IMG/VR virus record: IMGVR_UViG_3300027763_002499
Location: 26,549-90,548 of that record
Source: a virus
DNA length: 64,000 nucleotides
Reading direction: 5' to 3' (one strand)
The notes under the pieces are model-generated. The model ran no database searches. It was not told the origin of the DNA and saw only the letters and a program-made list of their open reading frames with translations. The position numbers were made by a program, and so were the translations under genes. This document shows positions 57,704 to 64,000 of the stretch, piece by piece. Within the stretch, counting starts at the first letter, position 1. Each line of letters opens with the position of its first letter.

Positions 57704-58126
57704 CTACTTGCTTAGACGTTCTAGGGCCAGAATTTCACTCAGTGACTTGGCCATGTCCTCATCGGGTGTGACAATGTGCAAGGATACTCGACTGATATCT
57801 TTGCGATTGTCATATGATGATACTCGAATAATAGTTCCACCTGCCGCAGGGATTACTTTGAAGTTGATTGAATCATCTGAGTCAACATCAATGTCCTCAT
57901 TTACATAAACGCTACCACTGACGGTTTCCTTGTCGTGGGTAAACAACCAATTACGAAGTTTTTCTTTGAACCAACTCATGTGCATTTTCTTTCTTAAACC
58001 AATTGTTTCATTGTCATCATAACGATTGAGTCGTTGACTCATTGGCTTGGGTTGTAGACCGGGTCTCGTCCTCGGCCCAAACCGTCCATTCGCCATACTC
58101 TTTTTTGAAGCATAACCACCGCTCAT
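57704..58126 (-). CDS. hypothetical protein
   Basis: 140-aa ORF. Confidence 0.7.
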   Translation of the reverse strand: MSGGYASKKSMANGRFGPRTRPGLQPKPMSQRLNRYDDNETIGLRKKMHMSWFKEKLRNWLFTHDKETVSGSVYVNEDIDVDSDDSINFKVIPAAGGTIIRVSSYDNRKDISRVSLHIVTPDEDMAKSLSEILALERLSK

Positions 58127-58294
58127 AATCTATCCTTACATCTACCGGGTAAAATTCTAGGCTCTCACCAATGACTGCTAACAAACCGGGATTCATGCCG
58201 CGTGAAGCATGGTACAGGTTTGGAAATTCTAATTTATATGACATTGTCAACAATTATAGTTTATATGCAATAACATTGTCAACATTGAATTTGC

Positions 58295-58828
58295 CTAAAG
58301 TTCAAGACTTGAACCACGAGCTTTTTTGTAAAAGATGTGTCGTCCAATTTGTGCTATCTTGTACGACTTGTCAGCCCAGTAAGGATCCTTGATGTAGTCA
58401 GCATGATAAAACAAACTGTTTTCTAAACTGGCAACTCTGTGTCCTTGTAGTACGTCTCGAGCAATGAACAAGCTTTCATTCCAGGATTCCTGATCAGGCT
58501 TGGGAAGTGTTTTGAGTCTGGTCCAGGAAAATTGATCCTTGGAGTAAACAACCTCACAAACACTCTTGCCCCAGTGGCCAGTCTTCAATCTATTCATGGT
58601 GATATGGCCCACTGCATACTTGCCAACTCGATCCTCAATGCCTGCTTCGTAATAGATGTTTTTGGTCATGCAATCCACATCTGCAGAAGTAAGAGCAATA
58701 CCTTGATTGGTTTTGACAATGTGATTAAGGTCTTGAACCTGTGCTTGAATGTTTTCGAGTTGGTCCTCTAAACGAATCATAAAAATTACTGCCACACCCA
58801 CACATACTGCTGTAATACATCGGTCCAT
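58295..58828 (-). CDS. SleB-like cell wall hydrolase (second copy)
   Basis: CMTKNIYYEAG, TMNR, QFSWT, FYHADY, IGRHIFY; promoter at 58858-58886. Confidence 0.88.
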   Translation of the reverse strand: MDRCITAVCVGVAVIFMIRLEDQLENIQAQVQDLNHIVKTNQGIALTSADVDCMTKNIYYEAGIEDRVGKYAVGHITMNRLKTGHWGKSVCEVVYSKDQFSWTRLKTLPKPDQESWNESLFIARDVLQGHRVASLENSLFYHADYIKDPYWADKSYKIAQIGRHIFYKKARGSSLEL

Positions 58829-58888
58829 ATCTACCTCGAGTAAATTGATAAGTGTCTAGTATAGCATGAAATTTGTTTGTGGTCAATG

Positions 58889-58912
58889 AAAAAGGCTTCC
58901 GAAGAAGCCTTT
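58889..58912 (-). terminator. intrinsic terminator
   Basis: AAAGGCTTC-CGAA-GAAGCCTTT with T-tract on the minus strand. Confidence 0.8.
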
Positions 58913-58934
58913 CTATTTGTGGTTAAGATAGTTA

Positions 58935-61073
58935 TTAGAATGTAATTGACCCTGAACCAACTGTGGTCCATTTGTAAATTCTATAACCACCTGCTACTGT
59001 AATATCAGGTGATCCTGTAGTGGACGTTGCGGCTGCGTATGTGTCTGGGTAACGAACGACAACAATACCAGATCCGCCTGATCCTTGGGAGCCACCGCCA
59101 CCGCCACCTGTGTTTGGTGTAGCTGAAGAATATGCATTACCGCCGCCGCCTAGGCCTCCTACACCCTGTGTACCAGAACCACTTTCTGTCATACCACCAC
59201 CGCCACCGGCATAGTAAGTAGGTGTTCCTGTGATAGAATTTTGTATACCTATGCCACCATCGCCGCCTTTAAGTGATTGGGCATTTGAACCTGCTGCGCC
59301 TGCACCACCACCACCACCGCCGCCAGAATCTCCGGATTGAATTCGTCCTGTTCCACCAGCGTTACCTTGCCCGGCAGTGCCTGCACCGCCAGGCATTTGT
59401 GCTCCGCCACCCCCTCCGGAACCTCCAGCTAGACCAGTAGCATAAGTATTTCCGCCACCACCGCCTCCGATAGCAGTTATTGAACTAAAGACAGAATTTG
59501 ATCCATTGTAACCGATAACTCCGGGAAAAGAAGCTTCTGGTGCGGTACGGCCTATTCCACCTGCACCTACCGTAATAGCGTAAGGAGTTCCAGCAGTGAC
59601 GCTTGTACTACCTGCTCGATATCCTCCGGCGCCGCCGCCACCTGAAAAGAAATTTCCAGCGCCGCCGCCACCGGCGACTACAAGATATTCCAATGTGGAT
59701 GGAGGAGGAGGAGCCACATAACTTGATATCACCATACCACTGCCTGTGCCACCCATTGTGATACCTGATGGGATAACTGCGCCCGTTGATGTACCGGTTG
59801 TAGTTGAAGCCGCTGTGTATGTAGGTGTTGCTGTAGCTGTGTTAGCTGTTAACGATGGGGTTGCTACAGTAAGGGTACTCGTTGCACCTGTCAATGAAAG
59901 TGCCGCATCACTCCAAGAGCCGGCCCCATCAGTCAAAGCAGTAGCTGATGCATAACTAAAATTATATCCACCAACTGTATACGTGCCTGTCATAGTTCCA
60001 TCTGTTGGTAATTTTGCAAATACTATATCATTATTTCCGCCGCTTGTGGCCGCATTATTTTTACCAGTAATATACATTATTGAATTTTTAACAAATATAC
60101 CATAACATTCAGCATACCACGCTGTTGGTCCAAATTGACGTTGCCATTGCAATGTTCCACTGGAATCATATTTTACAATAACAAATTTAGTTAGGCCAGA
60201 AATGGATGCACTGGTAGCAAGATATATATTCCCAGAGTCATCACTTGATAAATTAACATCTCCATTGCCAGTCGAACTAAGCGATCGTTGCCATTGTCTA
60301 GTACCACTAGAATTATATTTTGCTATAAAATATCCGCCACCTTGTTGATAAGCACCAACGTAAACATTGCCCGAGCTATCTGTTACTATACCGGTACCAA
60401 TATTACCAGAACTATTACCAAATTGACGTTGCCATTGTAGTGTTCCAGTTGAATCGTATTTTGCTATAACTGCATCTACTGTTGTACTACCGCTGGCAGT
60501 GCCACCTTGATACCAGCCCACTATATAAACGTTATTAGAAGAGTCAGTGGTTATTTTTACAGGAGCTTTTCTGTAAAAATTTGAAGCATCCTTTAGACTT
60601 CTTTGCCATTGTATTGCGCCAGTCGAATCAAACTTGGCCAATGAAATAAAACCAACATCAGTGCCATCGCTGGCCTCTCCTGCTACATAGATGTAATTGG
60701 CGCTATCTACAGCTACCGCTGCCGCACTAGAATTACCTACAGTTTTCTGCCATTGTTTATTGCCACTTGAATCGTATTTTACTAAACCTATGCCGCTGTT
60801 GCCGCCAAGATATATATTACTTGATGAATCAATTGCTATAGATCGAGCATTAAAACCCTGTGTACCTAACGTCCGTTGCCATTGTATTGTGCCACTTGAA
60901 TTATATTTGGCAACAAAATAGCCTTCTTGGGCTGTATTGCCGCCACAGATATAAATGTTCCCAGAAGAGTCAGTTACAGCACCATTTGCCTGTTCACTAA
61001 CCGGTCCTGATAATGTTGCAATAAAACACGTTTCTCCAGCCGCTGTTGCTTGTCCGCCTATAATAAATCCCAT
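58935..61073 (-). CDS. beta-propeller plus glycine-rich domain protein (putative tail fibre/adhesin)
   Basis: repeated DSSGNIY...KYDSSGTLQWQR blades; YLVVAGGGG...YYAGGGGG...GGSGIVVVRY. Confidence 0.8.
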   Translation of the reverse strand: MGFIIGGQATAAGETCFIATLSGPVSEQANGAVTDSSGNIYICGGNTAQEGYFVAKYNSSGTIQWQRTLGTQGFNARSIAIDSSSNIYLGGNSGIGLVKYDSSGNKQWQKTVGNSSAAAVAVDSANYIYVAGEASDGTDVGFISLAKFDSTGAIQWQRSLKDASNFYRKAPVKITTDSSNNVYIVGWYQGGTASGSTTVDAVIAKYDSTGTLQWQRQFGNSSGNIGTGIVTDSSGNVYVGAYQQGGGYFIAKYNSSGTRQWQRSLSSTGNGDVNLSSDDSGNIYLATSASISGLTKFVIVKYDSSGTLQWQRQFGPTAWYAECYGIFVKNSIMYITGKNNAATSGGNNDIVFAKLPTDGTMTGTYTVGGYNFSYASATALTDGAGSWSDAALSLTGATSTLTVATPSLTANTATATPTYTAASTTTGTSTGAVIPSGITMGGTGSGMVISSYVAPPPPSTLEYLVVAGGGGAGNFFSGGGGAGGYRAGSTSVTAGTPYAITVGAGGIGRTAPEASFPGVIGYNGSNSVFSSITAIGGGGGGNTYATGLAGGSGGGGGAQMPGGAGTAGQGNAGGTGRIQSGDSGGGGGGGAGAAGSNAQSLKGGDGGIGIQNSITGTPTYYAGGGGGMTESGSGTQGVGGLGGGGNAYSSATPNTGGGGGGSQGSGGSGIVVVRYPDTYAAATSTTGSPDITVAGGYRIYKWTTVGSGSITF

Positions 61074-61130
61074 GATTGTTTCCTTTTAATTATGGCAACT
61101 TACAGTGCCATTGATGTCCTTATTTAGTTG

Positions 61131-61715
61131 TTACATCCAAAGTAACAGACCTTGGCTGCTTAACAGTATGCCAACACCTGCTACCACAAAGCTACCCCAG
61201 AATAGTGGCATGCTGACAGCAAGAATACTGGCACTTAGTAGCACAATGCTCATTTGGTACGCTGTACTGGCATAACCCAACCATGGACTACGCAACTTGG
61301 CAGCATCACGTTCGGCTTCCAATGCACGAGCCTTGACCATCAATTCCTTCTTGCCATCTTTGGGTTCGTTTTCATAACGATCAATTTTGGCAGTGAGTTC
61401 TTCTGCACGTTTTTTATCACCTGCTCGTACAGCATCATCACGAGCATACTCAGCCATGGTCTGTTTCATACTCTTGGCTTGATAAAAGGCCCATGTGTCA
61501 TTGGCCTTGATTGTGTTGTTTAAAATCAAACTGCTGTAACTGCCAGCAAAATAAGAATTCACGGCCAGCAATAGTGCAAACACATTGATTACAAGACCTG
61601 CTTTGTCTTTGATCTTGGCTTCGCGTTCACTGCGTGAGCCAACTGGCGGCTTGGGTGCATCCGGATCCTTGGGTGTTTTGTTTATTAAGTTTAATACTGA
61701 ATCTATTAGTGCCAT
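61131..61715 (-). CDS. DUF4337-like membrane protein
   Basis: WAFYQAKSMKQ motif with flanking TM helices. Confidence 0.75.
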   Translation of the reverse strand: MALIDSVLNLINKTPKDPDAPKPPVGSRSEREAKIKDKAGLVINVFALLLAVNSYFAGSYSSLILNNTIKANDTWAFYQAKSMKQTMAEYARDDAVRAGDKKRAEELTAKIDRYENEPKDGKKELMVKARALEAERDAAKLRSPWLGYASTAYQMSIVLLSASILAVSMPLFWGSFVVAGVGILLSSQGLLLWM

Positions 61716-61724
61716 TTTCTTTCC

Positions 61725-61778
61725 TTATTTGCTGTGTTTGCCGCCACATACAGGGCATTCTTCTTGTGTTGGGTACAT
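61725..61778 (-). CDS. 17-aa micro-ORF MYPTQEECPVCGGKHSK
   Basis: AAGGAG RBS; its stop abuts the RBS of the next gene. Confidence 0.5.
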   Translation of the reverse strand: MYPTQEECPVCGGKHSK

Positions 61779-61833
61779 GCTATGTTCTCCTTGAATATGG
61801 CAGATATCTATACTGCCATTGTTGTATCACTGG

Positions 61834-61841
61834 TATTTATA
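61834..61841 (-). promoter_or_regulatory. T4-type late promoter motif
   Basis: exact TATAAATA right after a terminator; related TAAATA/TAAGTA motifs near 3200, 17883, 18860, 19424, 26823, 47564, 48880, 61122. Confidence 0.6.
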
Positions 61842-61849
61842 TAAAAAGG

Positions 61850-61875
61850 AAAAAGGCTTCCGGAGAAGCCTTTTT
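61850..61875 (-). terminator. intrinsic terminator (copy of 58889)
   Basis: AAAAAGGCTTC-CGGA-GAAGCCTTTTT. Confidence 0.8.
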
Positions 61876-61895
61876 GTTTGTGGGTAAAGTAATTG

Positions 61896-64000
61896 TTAGA
61901 ATGTAATTGACCCGGAACCAACTGTGGTCCATTTGTAAATTCTATAACCGTCACTAACAACTGGATACCCAGCGGCTAACCCGGTTGTACTTGCGGCTGC
62001 TGCCACAGAGGAAGGAGTTCTCAGTATCACAACACCAGAGCCACCCGCGGCACCATTGCCTTGTTGACCGCTACCGCCGCCACCACTACCGGTATTGACT
62101 GCTCCAGCGGTGGCGCTCGCGCCAGTTGTGCCGCCATTGCCGCCTATACCACTACCACCTGCACCACCTGCACCACCGTAATTACTGCCACCACCACCAC
62201 CACCAGCATAGGTTACCGAGCTTCCGCTAATTGTTGATGTAATACCAATGCCGCCTGCGCCACCTGTATTATCGAGAGTGCCTGTACCACCAACACCGCC
62301 TGCACCACCGCCGCCGCCACCAGCGTAATTTGAGGAGCTTCGACCACCATCAAAACCCTGCCCTGCTGTTCCAGATCCTTTATTAGAGTTGGCATGTCCG
62401 CCACCACCACCACCTGAACCGCCACTTAAACCAAGACCAAATGGACTGGCACCACCACCACCACCTATCGCAGTGGTCAAGCCTGTAACGGTGCTATTTG
62501 TACCGCTAGTACCAACGCCAAAAGTTCCACCACCTGCACCACCACCACCAACGGTAACCGCGTAAGTGGTCCCGGCCACATAGGTTGTAGAGCCAGTGAC
62601 AACACCACCTGCACCACCGCCAGATGCGCCATACCCACCACCACCGCCACCACCTGCTACCATGAGATAGTCTATCATGACCGGTGGTACATAACTTGAT
62701 ATCACCATGCCTGTGCCTGTGCCACCCATGAAGGCTCCAAATGGTCCTGAAGCGCCAGCTGATGAAATCGTAGTCACTGAAGTTGACAATGATGGTGTTT
62801 GTAATGTGTATCCGGCTGGTGTTCCTACTGATCCTGCATCTGTTGTTTCAGTAACTGAAATAGTAGAAGAAGTTAATGTAGGTGTTGTAGAAGATATACT
62901 AGAAGCCGCATATACATAACTATAACCACCAACTGTATAAGTTCCTGTTGATGTGCCATCTAAAGATAATCTAGCAAAGAATACTTTGTCAGAACCACTT
63001 GCACTTGTTATACCGGCAATGTTAATCCCACTACCGTTAACAGCAATACTTTCTACAGTCATTGCAGTTGATGCATGACTTATAGTTCTTTGCCATTGTA
63101 AAGAGCCCGAACTATCATGCTTGAATATACCAATTTTACTTGTAGAATCTGTTGTATTGCTAGCAGAATAGATATTACCAGACGTATCTATTCCTAAATA
63201 TTGGCCAGCAGTCCCTGCTCTTTGCCATTCCACAACCCCTGAACTATTAAATTTAACAATTTGCTTGGTAGGATAGCCGATGCCAATGTAAAGATTACCT
63301 GAACTATCTACCGCTGTGCTTGATGGCTGACCTGGGTAAATATTATTAGTTCCGTCACCTACCGAAGTCATCCATTGTAATACTCCCGAGCTATTAGTTT
63401 TAAATCCAAACGGTCTGGCTAGTCCAGTTGCTGTTGTGTAACCAGAACCGTATACATTTCCAGAACTATCTACTGTTAAAGACCCACTTGCAACAAGACT
63501 TGTAGCAGAATATTTTTTACCCCATTGAACAGTGCCCGAAGTATTTAATTTAAACAGTACTATTGCTCCAGACCTTGTACCACTAACATAAAGGTTATCT
63601 GAACTATCTATATAGAATCCAAGATTACTTATGCCTGCATTACCTGCATCACGTATATATCTTTGCCATTGCAGTGTACCAGAACTATCGTATTTGAATA
63701 CAACAATTGAACCGACTCGGCCAACACCTGCGCCATAAGCCTCAGACGCAAAATAATAGTTACCTGAACTATCAACTCCAGATACTACACCACTATTAGA
63801 TAAAGTGCCTGCCATGTCGTCTTGTTTTCCAGCCTGCCATTGTGCTGTTCCAGAAGAGTTGAGTTTTATTATTCTATTATCAAATCCCGTCATAGCATTC
63901 ATATAAATGTTGTTTGAACTATCAACATTTATATGAACTTGTTTCATATTTGTTCCATATACACCAATGATGCTGGCCACCGGTGGCACCACTGTTCCGC
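61896..64000 (-). CDS. beta-propeller plus glycine-rich domain protein, 5' end beyond the window
   Basis: same architecture as 58935-61073; identical GYRIYKWTTVGSGSITF end; frame open to the window edge. Confidence 0.8.
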   Translation of the reverse strand, partial: GTVVPPVASIIGVYGTNMKQVHINVDSSNNIYMNAMTGFDNRIIKLNSSGTAQWQAGKQDDMAGTLSNSGVVSGVDSSGNYYFASEAYGAGVGRVGSIVVFKYDSSGTLQWQRYIRDAGNAGISNLGFYIDSSDNLYVSGTRSGAIVLFKLNTSGTVQWGKKYSATSLVASGSLTVDSSGNVYGSGYTTATGLARPFGFKTNSSGVLQWMTSVGDGTNNIYPGQPSSTAVDSSGNLYIGIGYPTKQIVKFNSSGVVEWQRAGTAGQYLGIDTSGNIYSASNTTDSTSKIGIFKHDSSGSLQWQRTISHASTAMTVESIAVNGSGINIAGITSASGSDKVFFARLSLDGTSTGTYTVGGYSYVYAASSISSTTPTLTSSTISVTETTDAGSVGTPAGYTLQTPSLSTSVTTISSAGASGPFGAFMGGTGTGMVISSYVPPVMIDYLMVAGGGGGGGYGASGGGAGGVVTGSTTYVAGTTYAVTVGGGGAGGGTFGVGTSGTNSTVTGLTTAIGGGGGASPFGLGLSGGSGGGGGGHANSNKGSGTAGQGFDGGRSSSNYAGGGGGGAGGVGGTGTLDNTGGAGGIGITSTISGSSVTYAGGGGGGSNYGGAGGAGGSGIGGNGGTTGASATAGAVNTGSGGGGSGQQGNGAAGGSGVVILRTPSSVAAAASTTGLAAGYPVVSDGYRIYKWTTVGSGSITF

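Noticed and set aside
360-62919. Numerous plus-strand ORFs in the track (e.g. 774-1115, 19790-20443, 22104-22427, 36676-37044)
   Set aside because: Antisense shadows of well-supported minus-strand genes with no motifs; only 5695-6261 and 14024-14581 look real.
1-64000. CRISPR array, tRNA, rRNA, integrase or transposase
   Set aside because: No repeat-spacer periodicity, cloverleaf or recombinase motif seen by eye; tRNAscan and Infernal were not run.
1-64000. Alternative genetic code (stop-codon recoding)
   Set aside because: Long conserved genes are intact in code 11 and end in TAA, TGA or TAG; the single internal TAA at 12451 is better explained by a local frameshift pair.
58935-64000. Diversity-generating retroelement or invertible shufflon
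   Set aside because: Repeats are direct, differences are not adenine-specific, and no reverse transcriptase or invertase is in the window.
1-64000. Bacterial chromosome or prophage origin
   Set aside because: Host-like genes are isolated among dozens of short phage-type ORFs on one strand, with phage early and late promoter patterns and no housekeeping operons.

Overview
This window is almost certainly part of a large lytic dsDNA phage genome, probably infecting a Proteobacterium (host is inferred from gene style only). It is AT-rich, densely packed, read in the standard genetic code, and nearly all on the minus strand. I found no capsid, terminase, rRNA, tRNA or CRISPR sequence. Layout: (1) 1-26.8 kb holds short hypothetical genes behind consensus sigma70 promoters plus host-like auxiliary genes (GroES, a DnaE fragment, ErpA, QueD, dCMP deaminase, MTA/SAH nucleosidase plus APRT, ClpS-Hsp20-bS21-ClpX, a SleB-like hydrolase, an exported nuclease, an FG-GAP lipoprotein). 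(2) 26.8-48.9 kb is a 22-kb co-oriented enzyme cluster with ten radical-SAM enzymes, a NodU/CmcH carbamoyltransferase, a 2OG-Fe(II) hydroxylase, two SGNH paralogs, three copies of an unnamed His/Glu-motif domain and an uncalled 33-aa peptide ending RDPFIY. This is the best candidate for an undescribed system. (3) 48.9-64 kb holds more early hypotheticals, DNA ligase, a BI-1/YccA protein and two paralogous beta-propeller/glycine-rich adhesin-like proteins. Non-coding signals read by eye: a preQ1-I-like riboswitch before queD, a ROSE-like thermometer before hsp20, leaderless and dual-start early transcripts, and a repeated TGTTG-N8-CAACA operator. All family calls come from motif recognition; no searches were run.
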